Below are positions 36,323-48,034 of a DNA stretch of 64,000 bases, in pieces; positions within the stretch are counted from its first letter, which is position 1; each line of letters starts with the position of its first letter. The notes under the pieces are model-generated. The model was given only the letters and a program-made list of their open reading frames with translations, was not told the DNA's origin and did no database searches. The stretch spans positions 1,488,001-1,552,000 of the forward strand of contig BCGN01000002.1 in NCBI GenBank assembly GCA_001599295.1, read 5' to 3'. This stretch comes from Sporopachydermia quercuum (lineage: Eukaryota). The position numbers and the translations under genes were made by a program.

Positions 36323-37171
36323 TGAATTTTCAATAAAACTCAAGAATGAACGAGTACCAATAAAGGACAATTTGTTTTATAACAGCTATAAAGCTACTTG
36401 TTAAAGATGAATTTGCCTATAAGATNCTTCCTTTTTTCTACACAATGAGTGAATTGTTGATCATGTTGAAAACTGCCTTTGGAGGTGATGTATGATTATA
36501 TAATCTATAATTTATTGAGAAAGATGTATGGAAAAGATGATCAATAGGCATGTTTTTGATCATGTAAACATCAATTGAATAAGGTGTAGCTTGATGGACG
36601 AGAAAAAGAGATGAAAGAATAAATGATGGTTAAATATAATAGATTGATTGATAACGTATAGGATTTCATGATTTAATGTTCGAAAATCTGGTTGTGGAAT
36701 ATGCTATAAAGTATCGTAGATTATTTGGTAATTTTCCGGAGTGATTTGTTCGTTCAAATGAGTCATTGAATTAGTAAGTGTTCAGAATAAAAATGTGAGA
36801 GNAGATGTGTGTGGTGCGAAGATATCACGCATGACGAGTCCTTTGTTTCGTAACTGGGCAAGAATTGCAGTTCGATCTCAGAGGAAGAAGGAAAGAGAGA
36901 TTTTGTACTCAGTGTGGGCCTTTATTTATTATAAGTTTGTTTGAACGAGTTTCTAGAAAGTGTATAGGTGAGCTGGACTAAGATTGAATTCGAATTGTAT
37001 AATTTCATTGGAACCAGTGCGGAACATATTAGACTCATGTAGATTATAATGTATATACAAGANAAGCAGAAGAATAAGCATAAGTACTAGCTGAGGTTAA
37101 TTAAATAAAAAAAAGAGCTCGTTTCTTACCAAAAGATGAGGTTGAAGGACTCATCATCAAGTACAGCATTA

Positions 37172-38489
37172 TTATTTGCTGCCGACCCTATGACATTCTT
37201 TCAGGAACCAGTCAATCTGATCAGGATCCATTGTCGGATGAGTTCCATGACCAAAATTAATAATATAGTTTTGTTTACCACCACCAAAATCAGAAATCAT
37301 TTTCTCAACTTTCTCTGTAATCAATTCTTTACTGCCGTACATTGCACCTGGGTCAATGTTACCTTGAAGTACAACTCTTCCCTTAGCAATTTCTGTTGCT
37401 TGTTTGGGATCCCACAACCAATCCAACGATACAACATCATATCCTGAGTCGCAAAGCCAATCAAGAGCATACCAAGCACCTTTGGCGAAAACTGTTACGG
37501 GAATCTTTTCTTCAATTCCCAATTCCTTCAATTTTCCAGGGAGCTTTTCTGCAATTTGACGCAAATATGGTAGAGAGTAAGCTCTGAACTCATCTGGTCC
37601 TAATTCACCTGCCCAAGATTCAAAAACTTGTAATATTTGAGCACCAGCTTGGACTTGTAATGCTAAGAATTCTATGGCGACATCAGTAATTCTTTGTAAC
37701 AATTGTTTAGTNTCATTGGGATACTTATACAACCAGGTCTTGGCAAACTTGAACAATTTGGTACCACCACCTTCAATCATATACACCATAAGAGTCCAAG
37801 GAGCCCCNCAGAATCCAAATAATGGAACCCTGCCGTTTAATTTTTCTCTTGTGAGAGTGATAGCATTGAAAGCCCAGTCGAGTTCTTTGGCTACGTTAAC
37901 TGATTTTGATAGTTTTTCTAAATCCTCAGGAACACGAATTGGGTCAGGAAAATGGGGTCCTTGTTTTTCAATCATTTCAACTTTCATGCCCATAGCCTGA
38001 GGAATAACCAAGATATCACTAAAGATGATGGCAGCGTCGATGAGTCCATTGAAATGTTCTATTGGTTGAATTGTGATTTCAGATGCAGTCTCGGCATCTC
38101 TGCAAACTTCAAAAAAATCTTTGCCGTTTTTTACTTGCTCATATTCTGGAAGATATCTACCTGCTTGTCTCTAAATAGTATTTGTTAGTGCCTAGCAGAA
38201 AACTATAATCAAGCTAATACAGTGAGAGTGTTGATCACCNCTTGAATGACATTGGTGACATTAATAGTTTTCGAGTAACGTCTTAGTGTTTGTACGATTC
38301 AATGGCACTTACCATAATCCACATAGGTGGTCGTTCAACCTTTTCTCCTGAATTCTAGTTAGTTCACTACTTTTTACCAATAACTACAGATAGATTATAA
38401 TCATCAGCGGTAATTTGCACAATCCATTGATTCATACCTTTAGCAGCTCGGAGAATGAGGTCATTCCGAAGGGGAGCAAAGTTTGGCAT
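37172..38489 (-). CDS. HEM12: Uroporphyrinogen decarboxylase; 3 exons: 38489-38438, 38347-38313, 38170-37172
   Basis: Spliced N-terminus [74 protein letters not shown]. Tandem with VMS1, as YDR047W/YDR049W are. Confidence 0.97.
38171..38312 (-). other. HEM12 intron 2 (142 nt)
   Basis: GTAAGT ... CACTAAC ... TAG. The phase-0 join restores MRQAGRY. Confidence 0.93.
38348..38437 (-). other. HEM12 intron 1 (90 nt)
   Basis: GTATGA ... AACTAAC ... CAG. The phase-1 join restores [11 protein letters not shown]. Confidence 0.92.
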
Positions 38490-39480
38490 AGTTGCGATAT
38501 CAGTCTGTTCTAGTCTTTGAAGTATAGAAGAATCTGAGTAACAATTAGAACAGGTTTCTCATTAATACGCCAATGCTGAAACCAATCAATTAGACATAAG
38601 AATAGCTATCTACTGTTTCTATATTGATGAGATCATTTAGAATGTGAGAGGGAACCTTTGGCACGAGAATAGATGGATTATTTCCGAAATTTTCAGAGTG
38701 TGCAAACTCAAAGCATTCCGGCAATTAAAACCGGAAAAGACAAACGATATATTCTGGGACAAACATCTACGGTAAATAAAGCAAATGGTCCGCGTTAAAT
38801 AGCATAGTAATCATTTATCTTTCATTTCTAGCGTTTTTATTTTGTTTTCGATCTTTTCAACTGCAAATTATATTAAATCACGTTGGTTCTAATAGCTTAT
38901 TAACTGACTCATACTTCATATGCATATGAAAAAATGTACCTCAAGGGTTCAGTGAGAAGACAATTGAGCTCGTTTCCATGTACGAAGAGACATTTCAATT
39001 CACGAATAAGGAAATTTTGAGTCAAGAGCTATCAGCTCAATAGTAAATGAATATGGAACTATTTCTCCAAGATAATTTGAACTTTTATTTGACCATATAT
39101 ATTGTCTTTAGTAACAACAGTGGAGCGATGAAAATCGTCACATCACAGTTAATAAGAAATGTTATTTATGATTACATAATCTCACCACTTAGCAAGATTT
39201 CCTCCTTTAAAGTTGAAGGAGCAATGATTGCTATTTTGTCATAAACCACAAATGATGCTGTTGCAATGATAACATAACTGCATTAGCTGTTAGTGATTAT
39301 GACCTTTTATTGTAAATGTGATCTACTGGACTCATTGAAGATAACACAGGAATTTGTTCGTTAGAAACTTTTATAAGCTGAAGAGTTTGTGTACTATAGA
39401 GAACTCGATATTCATTCATCAGGGACACGCACTCTTGGATCCTACTTAATTACATATTCAATTGCAATTCATCTAAAACA

Positions 39481-39828
39481 ATGGTGAGTATTTAGAAAGT
39501 CTGCTTATCTGCTAGAGAAATTTAGAGCTTTTACTCGTGATCAACATATATTAACAAGCAGGTTCAAACATTGAAACAACGAAGAGCAAACAACAAGTTT
39601 GCTCAAAAGGAGTTTAGAAAGATGGGCAAGAAGAGAGTCGTGAAGGAACGAAATGAGCTGCCTATATCCAAAACTTGGATTCGTAAGTCTATACGCTGGG
39701 TTATGGAGTTAAGGGTTTTAAATGATGGTACATTTGCTGTATAGTACTAACATAGAATTGTTATAGTGATATTTGCATTTTTGATTCTTGGAGGTGGTGT
39801 GCTAGAATTGATAAGATTCTTCTTTTAG
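39481..39828 (+). CDS. YSY6: Small tail-anchored ER translocon-associated protein Ysy6/RAMP4/SERP1, 61 aa; 3 exons: 39481-39483, 39562-39682, 39767-39828 (not in ORF track)
   Basis: Spliced product MVQTLKQRRANNKFAQKEFRKMGKKRVVKERNELPISKTWILIFAFLILGGGVLELIRFFF*. Introns are GTGAGT..TATTAAC..CAG (78 nt) and GTAAGT..TACTAAC..TAG (84 nt). Confidence 0.92.
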
Positions 39829-40729
39829 ATTTCATCCAAAAGTGAATAGAAAATGGATTAATTGGATAATTAATTCAAAAAGAATATCATTACAGACATA
39901 AGGATTTTGGAAGCGCAATGAATTGATTGTATGGGAAAAGATGTAAACACCAGATCGTAGTCTTCTTTGTTTTTTACAATTGATTGAGAATAAGTTGCTA
40001 TGTATTATTGGATTTCTATTACGAAATCTCTACTTATCAGCGAAAACTAGTCTACATACCATCTTGATTTCCTCACATTTGCTCAGATATTACTTCATAT
40101 CTCCAATGTTACTTGTCAAGTCACCGGTTCAACAAACTCGTTCTTAGTTATTACTCGACTGACCATATGATGATCATCATCACTTTATTGTCCTTAGTTA
40201 GCAATTTATGTATGCCAAGAGAACATCTCAAATGTCCACTTGATCACGGTAGAACCAGTATCAAGAATGCTTTCAATCAATCTTTCATTCTTCCTTCATC
40301 AATTATATAGTCGTTCTATCAATAAGTCATCNTCGTACGAGTCACTCTTCATCTGGTAGAATAGGAAGAAACGGCGAGGATGTTGACAACGTATTGTTTC
40401 CGATATTCAGGTTCCATACTCCATTCATTCACTTTGGATTAGGTAATCCGAAAAATATAACTTGTCCCATATCAGGAGATACACGTCTTCAATATACTTC
40501 TTAACCCAATCAGAAGCATTCATTTTGCATCACCAATATTTCATAGGAGAACGAAAGAATTAAGTACAATAATATAAGAAGGAGTAAAACTATTGATAGA
40601 TTTTGAACGCATNACCATCNCTATATATGTATATCATCACCTTTATGGTCTATTTGAGATAAGCTGATTTCCAAGTAACTAGTAGTTTGGGTGAAGTTAT
40701 AATCTCAAGGGGTAAAACCAATAATCAGA

Positions 40730-41866
40730 ATGTTGAGAAGCAGCAGTATCATCAGAACCCCAAGCCTATTGGGAGCTCGCACTGGGCTAAGGACTTTATA
40801 CACATCAGTTTTAGAGAGCGATATCAACATTACAAAAAGTGGGAAAACAGTTGTGAGCACTGGTAATGGAGGTAGAGCATCAAGAACTGGTTATACCGCA
40901 ACAGTTTTCGGCGCTGCTGGATTCATTGGTAGATATCTAACATCAAAGCTCGCTAGACACGGAACTATTACAATTGTGCCATTCAGAGATGATATGAAAA
41001 AAAGATTTTTGAAAGTTACTGGTGATTTAGGTGTTGTGAATTTTGTGGAATTTGATTTAAGAAACATTGAATCTATAAACGCTGCTGTTCGTCATTCCGA
41101 TATTGTTTACAACTTAATTGGAAGCAATTATGAAACAAAGAATTTTTCTTATCATGATGTTCATGTAGAAGGAGCTAAGAGAATTGCTCAAGCCTGCGTT
41201 GACAACAATGTTGCTAGATTCATTCATGTCTCATCTCANAATGCTGATGTGAACTCACCTTCGAAATTCTTCAGTACTAAAGGAGAAGGTGAACAGGTTG
41301 TGAGAGAAATCTACCCTGAGACTACCATTGTGAGACCTGGTCCAGTCTACGGAAGAGAAGATCAACTGTTAAGATATACTTCAGATAGATTTAGATATTT
41401 CAATGCAAATGGTAACAAAGAAACTTTGAGACCTGTACACAGTTTAGATGTCGCTAAAGCTTTAGAAAAGATTGGTTTTGACGATTCTACTGCCGGTCAA
41501 CTGTTTGAACTATATGGACCGACCGAATACACCAAAGCACAAATTCGATCTTTGGTTCAAGCCGTTACTCTTTATCCATACAAAGATATTACTGTTCCCA
41601 AGCCACTTTTGAAGCTTTGGACTCAAGCCCTCCAATTAGTTTGGTGGCCTATGAGAACTCCAGACTCAGTTGAACGAGAATTCATCAACCACACTATTGA
41701 TGCAACAGCTAAGACATTCACTGATTTAGGTATTCAACCAGAATATTTAGAAGATTTAGTTTTCACTTATGTCTATTATTTGAGAATGCCGGCACATATG
41801 CATGACCTTCCTCCTTCAAAGAGAGACTTGAAAGCAAGAAAGGAATTGATTCACGTTTTCGATTAG
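40730..41866 (+). CDS. NDUFA9: NADH:ubiquinone oxidoreductase (complex I) 39/40-kDa subunit, NDUFA9/NUEM
   Basis: Presequence-like N-terminus; GGRASRTGYTATVFGAAGFIGRY, LKVTGDLG, VRHSDIVYNLIG..YETKNFSY.DVH. Confidence 0.95.
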   Translation: MLRSSSIIRTPSLLGARTGLRTLYTSVLESDINITKSGKTVVSTGNGGRASRTGYTATVFGAAGFIGRYLTSKLARHGTITIVPFRDDMKKRFLKVTGDLGVVNFVEFDLRNIESINAAVRHSDIVYNLIGSNYETKNFSYHDVHVEGAKRIAQACVDNNVARFIHVSSXNADVNSPSKFFSTKGEGEQVVREIYPETTIVRPGPVYGREDQLLRYTSDRFRYFNANGNKETLRPVHSLDVAKALEKIGFDDSTAGQLFELYGPTEYTKAQIRSLVQAVTLYPYKDITVPKPLLKLWTQALQLVWWPMRTPDSVEREFINHTIDATAKTFTDLGIQPEYLEDLVFTYVYYLRMPAHMHDLPPSKRDLKARKELIHVFD

Positions 41867-42407
41867 ATTGTTTCATATGTTTGTTGTTGGGAGACATTGG
41901 GAGAGTGTGGATTATGAATGCATGAAAGTTGTTTCATCGGTTTATCTTGTAAGCATTATAAACAAACATCCGAGCTATAGTAACTACCAGATATGGTTTC
42001 TTAGTTACTAACATGTGGCGTAAGTTTCTTGTTTGTATTGTTCATTTATTATTGTTCATTTGGCAGTACNAGTTCTGGTCAGACAATCATCAGAGTTTAT
42101 ACATCTTTTAGCACTAATAATTATGCATTATTGTATCTGAACCGTAGTAATTAATTTGCGTAGAACCAGCAATACTACCTCATAAAGAAACCGGGTTGCG
42201 GTAACCAGCTCTTCAGGACAACCAATCTCCAACTATTTGGGTCCTCCTTAAAGCAGTTTTTGTATTAGAAGTACAAACTCATTTAATATCTGCACAGTCA
42301 ATTCTAATCAACCATTCAATTGATAATTGTATTGTATCTTATCAATATTTCAATATTCTCCGATTTTCACTTTGAAACTCCGCTCACTCGGCATTTGAAA
42401 GCTCGAT

Positions 42408-42704
42408 TGACTCATTTCATGCCAGACATTCAGGACTCAATTATCATTGTCAGACACATGATATCTAGGGATCTCCTTGTTTGTCTGGGACAATTGAGAC
42501 AAGATAACCTAAAATTGATAAATAGGTTGACTATGTTGCTTATTCATGCACTGCTTAACAAAGTGTCTATTTAATTGTTCTCTGTTTCAACTAACAATAA
42601 GAAAGTAGATGCTTTNAATATTGACCCCTTGTTCAGAAGTTTTCCAGTAAGAATTTAATTTGAAAGTGTTAGCCTTGAGATCAATCATGTAAAANTCACG
42701 TGAC
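42408..42704. promoter_or_regulatory. Gcn4-type and Cbf1-type sites upstream of the CPA1 transcription unit
   Basis: TGACTCA 42408-42414; TCACGTGAC 42696-42704. Confidence 0.5.
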
Positions 42705-43096
42705 CTAAACGTGACAAGAAACCCTGACATTTCCTCAACACCGACGAAAATTTTCAGAGTTTAACGACAAAAAATTTTGTGGTACTACAAAACTGGAACA
42801 ATTAATATAAAACTCATTGAGNTGACTGGAAGAAACAATTATAGACGATACTTGATAGATTGCAGATCAACTGTGAATTTTATAGGATTATTATATGCTG
42901 TAGAGCTTGAATTGCTACACCGAATATTTTCAAAAGGACAGTGAACGAACTTCGCTCACTAGTGATAGTGATCCCCACTATTTAGATCAGTCAATCGACT
43001 ATTGGAATCAACTTAGAACGAATTGTCCGAATAAAGGGCAGTAACAAATCTCGAACTGAGAGTATTTTTTTGAAATTGAGGATAGATTCTTCTTGT

Positions 43097-43409
43097 ATGA
43101 GGTTTTATTTCTCTACATTTACTTGTCAAGTAAGTCTTATTTACTAGTTTGCGGTCAATGACAACTGGAATAACAAATTTGAAGATTTGATTGCTGTTGC
43201 TGCGAATAAAGTACTAACCAACTGATAGGACTACATTTCTGGTAAGTGGAGATTTCNAGACGAATGAAAAGATCTGACAGATCTATAAAAATAATTATAC
43301 TTTTACTTCTAGAGGAATTTGAAGCTGTATTTAACGTTGCTCAGTAAACTAACAAACTATAACAGATCACATTTGGAAAACTAGTCGACAGTCAACTACA
43401 ACCTCTTGA
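43097..43409 (+). CDS. Arginine attenuator peptide uORF of CPA1, 29 aa; 3 exons: 43097-43129, 43229-43241, 43366-43409 (not in ORF track)
   Basis: Spliced product MRFYFSTFTCQDYISDHIWKTSRQSTTTS* shares TCQDYISDHIWKTS with the S. cerevisiae CPA1 leader peptide. Introns are GTAAGT..TACTAAC..TAG (99 nt) and GTAAGT..AACTAAC..CAG (124 nt). Confidence 0.96.
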
Positions 43410-43527
43410 AATCAATAAAAAGACCTAATAAATCCCAAAAAAAGAAAACAATAAAAATATTAATATAAGAAGTTAGGAAGATTACATTTCTATGCCAATT
43501 TCAACACATTCTGTCCATTGAATCAAA

Positions 43528-44868
43528 ATGAAGACTATTTTCCAATTATTCAGCATCGGATCTCAAACTTTGAGATCTAGGGTCACTACTCAAAGCAAAA
43601 TCGGCGTATCAAGAATCAATGTTAGATTTTTCTCAAATAATGGAGTTCGCTATCAATCAGGTTCAGTTGCCCCNGCTTTAGACAGAGCTACATTTACCAT
43701 CCGAGATGGGCCAGTGTTCCATGGTAAATCTTTCGGAGCTAACAAGAATATATCAGGGGAAGCTGTCTTTTCTACAGCTTTAGTTGGATACCCAGAATCC
43801 ATGACCGATCCTTCTTATAAGGGCCAAATCCTTGTTTTTACGCAACCTCTAATCGGTAACTACGGTGTCCCTTCCGGTAAAGTTAGAGATGAATACAACC
43901 TATTGAAGTATTTTGAGAGTCCTCATATACAATGCATTGGTATCGTTGTCGGTGATGTTGCTATGCAATATTCTCATTGGACTGCCATTGAATCATTGAG
44001 TGAATGGTGCCNAAGAGAAGGTGTTGCTGCAATTACTGGTGTTGATACCAGAGCCATTGTCACTTACTTGAGAGAACAAGGTTCTTCTTTAGCACGTATC
44101 ACTATCGGTGAAGAATACGATGCTGATGAAGACGAAGCGTTTGCTGATCCTGGTGCTATCAATTTAGTTCATAAGGTTACTACCAAGCAACCTTTCCATG
44201 TTTCATCAGCAGGCAACTATCACATTGCTGTTTTGGATTGTGGTGTCAAGGAAAACATTCTCAGATCATTAGTTTCTAGAGGTGCTTCTATCACTGTATT
44301 CCCTTACGATTACCCCATTCACAAGATTGCTCATCATTTTGATGGTATTTTCATTTCAAATGGTCCAGGGGATCCTACTCACTGCTCATCCACAGTTTAT
44401 CATCTGAAGAAGACAATGGAGACTTATCAAGGACCTATTTTCGGTATTTGCTTAGGTCATCAACTTTTAGCTTTGGCCTCTGGTGCTAAGACTATCAAGT
44501 TGAAATACGGTAACAGAGCTCATAATATTCCTGCTTTAGATTTAACCACCGGAAGATGTCACATCACCTCTCAAAACCATGGTTATGCCGTTGATACTGC
44601 TACATTGCCTCCTGAATTCAAAGAATATTTTGTTAATTTGAACGATCAATCTAATGAAGGTATGATACATACTACCAGACCTATTTTCTCAACCCAATTT
44701 CATCCTGAAGCTAAGGGAGGTCCTTTAGATTCTGCCTTCTTGTTCGACAAGTACTTTGATTTGATTAAAGAATATAAGAGTAAGCTAGTTTCTTCACCAG
44801 CAGATAACAGACCAAGTCCATTATTTGTGGATGTTTTAGCCAAGGAAAGAGTTGGGGTTGCTAATTGA
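43528..44868 (+). CDS. CPA1: Carbamoyl-phosphate synthase, arginine-specific small (glutaminase) subunit, with a mitochondrial-type presequence
   Basis: [63 protein letters not shown]. The first ~45 aa are R/S-rich and have no acidic residues. Confidence 0.97.
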   Translation: MKTIFQLFSIGSQTLRSRVTTQSKIGVSRINVRFFSNNGVRYQSGSVAXALDRATFTIRDGPVFHGKSFGANKNISGEAVFSTALVGYPESMTDPSYKGQILVFTQPLIGNYGVPSGKVRDEYNLLKYFESPHIQCIGIVVGDVAMQYSHWTAIESLSEWCXREGVAAITGVDTRAIVTYLREQGSSLARITIGEEYDADEDEAFADPGAINLVHKVTTKQPFHVSSAGNYHIAVLDCGVKENILRSLVSRGASITVFPYDYPIHKIAHHFDGIFISNGPGDPTHCSSTVYHLKKTMETYQGPIFGICLGHQLLALASGAKTIKLKYGNRAHNIPALDLTTGRCHITSQNHGYAVDTATLPPEFKEYFVNLNDQSNEGMIHTTRPIFSTQFHPEAKGGPLDSAFLFDKYFDLIKEYKSKLVSSPADNRPSPLFVDVLAKERVGVAN

Positions 44869-46951
44869 GTGAGACCTTAATTTATGAATCGGACTAGTTT
44901 TTTTCAGTGTTATGTAATAAATAAATGTTTAGAATGAATATATATAGACAACTAAGAAGTCAGTCTAGTCATTACAATTGTTCACCACTCACCAAGACAA
45001 AGTGATATTAATAAAAGAATCTAATTTTTCGTAATACCTATAGGACATCTATGAGTTCTGATAGTCTAAAATGTTCTATCTCAAACTGATGAATTTCCAG
45101 ATCAATAATCTCTATTTATATAATCTTCCTTTTCCTTTGTGGAAGTAAGATATTCCGGAAACGATAGTGGATATAGAATTATAACGTAATCGAAAACACA
45201 ATGAAGATTCTACTTGTGATTATGTAATAATTTAATTACCAAATTATCAATCATATATCAACTTCAATAAACTAGAACATATAGAAGCAATCGATACCAA
45301 CTACTTCACATAGTCATATCCATCTCTTTTTGACAAAGGATGAGTAACGTGTATAGCAAAAACGAATAATTATTGCATGAAAACAATTCGAGAATTCNGT
45401 CTTTTCACCCAACCGCACCAAAGATGGTACTTTTATCAGAAGTCTTCCAGTAGTTATTTTACCGGTACAATGTATAGTCATTCGATTGATTCACTAAGTA
45501 GCAGCTGAAACTATCATTTAAATAGCCATTGAAAAATAAAATAAACCGCAAAATGTGTAAATAGTATCTATGATGAAAGTGAAAAAGATGACGAAAGAAA
45601 GTCTCAAGCCTGCTAAATGAACGGCTAAATCCCAAGCATAATAGTAAGTAGATCAATGGTTCAAGTACTAATGGTGGCCTATACGATTGTCTCGGTTATT
45701 TCGACATCATTTTGTTCGCGGAGAATCACAGAATCATCCCGATGTTCTGGTGAGAAGTTGAAAGCTCTGTCAATTAAAGGGCTATTTACCTGGTAAAGCA
45801 CAACACATTTAATTGTTCTTCAACAGAGCACATAGTCTTATATGATATTTGTCAAACGTTCTCCACAANCAGACAAGTAAGTAAAATAATCGGAACAACC
45901 ATTACATTGCTGCATGGATCTTGCATTGATCCAGAATTGCATGTTCTCATCTCACTGAAACAACTGGTGTATGTCTGATCATCTCCACCATATGGCATCT
46001 TAAATCACAATGCATCCATTGAATCATGGTTGTTCCGTATAGGTGTATCTCTCATGTCCTGAGAACGATGAGCGCTGATGACTCCAAAATTTCATTGTCA
46101 TGTTATTGTTTGAATGAGGTGAAGAAGTTGTTTTTCCTTCAACTGTCATGACTACTAAAGTTAATGCCGATTAATTCTTATTTTTATTTTAATTTTTTTA
46201 ATTTCACTACTGTCAATTGATGAATGAACATCGACGAACGGGATTAAATATACTAGGTTGTACATTTTCCCTGTTTTTCTTTGAGTTACTCCGAGCTACC
46301 ATGGATTTGAAGACGAACATGACATAGGTACCGTCAGGATAAAGAGGGGGTGTCATAAGACCACAATGTCATTGAACTTCTTCTGCCTTCTGTGATAATA
46401 AACTTTGATAAATTACACTTGTTTTCAATTAATGTTTGTTTTACATAGGAAAATACAAGCCTAGCTGGTTGTGCTTATTTGATACTATCATCAATTTGAT
46501 TTCAACCTTGACAATTATTCTTGTAGGCGAAATCATTGGGCAAACTTAGCTTTTTAAATCTTTCCGATATATTCCTAACATAATGAATTATATGTCATAC
46601 ATTATGGTGACATATTGTCATGAGACTTTGTCATGTAAATGTACGTAACTAATACGGACCAAACCGGAAATATACTCAACCTTTCAATTGATAGAATCCC
46701 CAATTGCTTGGTCATGGAGATCCCTTGTCCTTCTCCTTCATATAAAGGGTTTCCTCATGGTNATCGTTCTTCTTCTTTATGAATAAGTATGAACATAAGA
46801 CAGTATTGTGCATTGTTCAGTTGATTCAGTTACAATAATTCATCTAACCGTGTATCATTGATTATTACTGCAAATCACTATTACGTTTACAATTAATTGT
46901 TGATCAATTGTTATATTATATATACTTCTATCGATAAACATAACAGCAAAA

Positions 46952-48034
46952 ATGGGTGTTCTTGATATTCTTCAAAGAAAATCTGGTGTTATCGTTGGTG
47001 ATGATGTAAGAAACTTATTCTTATATGCCCAAGAAAAGCAATTTGCCATTCCAGCTATCAACGTTACTTCATCATCAACCGTTGTTGCTGCTCTTGAAGC
47101 TGCTAGAGATAACAACTCTCCTATCATTTTACAAACATCCCAAGGTGGTGCTGCCTACTTTGCTGGTAAGGGTGTTAGCAACACTGATCAAAAAGCTTCA
47201 ATTGCTGGTGCCGTTGCTGCTGCTAGCTACATCAGAGCCATTGCCCCCACATACGGTATTCCAGTTGTTCTTCACTCTGACCATTGTGCTAAGAAATTAC
47301 TCCCATGGTTAGATGGTATGCTTGAAGCTGATGAAGCTTACTTCAAGGAACATGGTGAACCTTTATTCTCTTCTCACATGATTGATTTATCTGAAGAAAC
47401 TGATGATTACAACATTGCTACTACTGCCGAATATTTCAAGAGAGCTGCCAAAATGAACCAATGGTTAGAAATGGAAATTGGTATCACTGGTGGTGAAGAA
47501 GATGGTGTTAACAATGAACATGTTGAAAAATCATCCCTTTACACTACTCCTGAAACTGTTTTTGCTGTTTACAAGGCTTTAGCTCCTATTTCTCCTAACT
47601 TCTCTATTGCCGCTGCTTTCGGTAACGTTCACGGTGTCTACAAGCCAGGTAATGTTAAGTTGTCTCCAGAAATTTTGGGTGACCATCAAAAGTATGCTAA
47701 GGAACAATTGAAGTCTAAGAGCGACAAGCCAATTTTCTTGGTTTTCCACGGTGGTTCCGGTTCTTCTCAGGAAGAATACAACATTGGTATTAGCAACGGT
47801 GTTGTGAAGGTCAACTTGGATACTGACTGTCAATATGCTTATTTGACCGGTATTAGAGATTACGTTTTGAGCAAGAAAGATTACATCAGCACTATGGTTG
47901 GTAACCCTGAAGGTGACGACAAGCCTAACAAAAAGTACTTCGATCCTAGAGTTTGGGTTAGAGAAGGTGAAAAGACCATGTCTAAGAGAATTACTGAAGC
48001 TCTTGTAACTTTCCATACCAAGGACACTTTGTAA
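46952..48034 (+). CDS. FBA1: Fructose-bisphosphate aldolase, class II
   Basis: AIPAINVTSSST, LHSDHCAKK, FSSHMIDLSEE, EIGITGGEEDGV, FGNVHGVYK, VFHGGSGS, KYFDPRVW; strong codon bias. Confidence 0.98.
   Translation: MGVLDILQRKSGVIVGDDVRNLFLYAQEKQFAIPAINVTSSSTVVAALEAARDNNSPIILQTSQGGAAYFAGKGVSNTDQKASIAGAVAAASYIRAIAPTYGIPVVLHSDHCAKKLLPWLDGMLEADEAYFKEHGEPLFSSHMIDLSEETDDYNIATTAEYFKRAAKMNQWLEMEIGITGGEEDGVNNEHVEKSSLYTTPETVFAVYKALAPISPNFSIAAAFGNVHGVYKPGNVKLSPEILGDHQKYAKEQLKSKSDKPIFLVFHGGSGSSQEEYNIGISNGVVKVNLDTDCQYAYLTGIRDYVLSKKDYISTMVGNPEGDDKPNKKYFDPRVWVREGEKTMSKRITEALVTFHTKDTL

Noticed and set aside
30294..44868. Alternative yeast nuclear code (CUG=Ser or Ala)
   Set aside because: CTG codons fall at positions I expect to be Leu: RDH54 KKW-L-G and YEK-L, NDUFA9 EDQ-L-L, CPA1 YH-L-K. 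The standard code fits.
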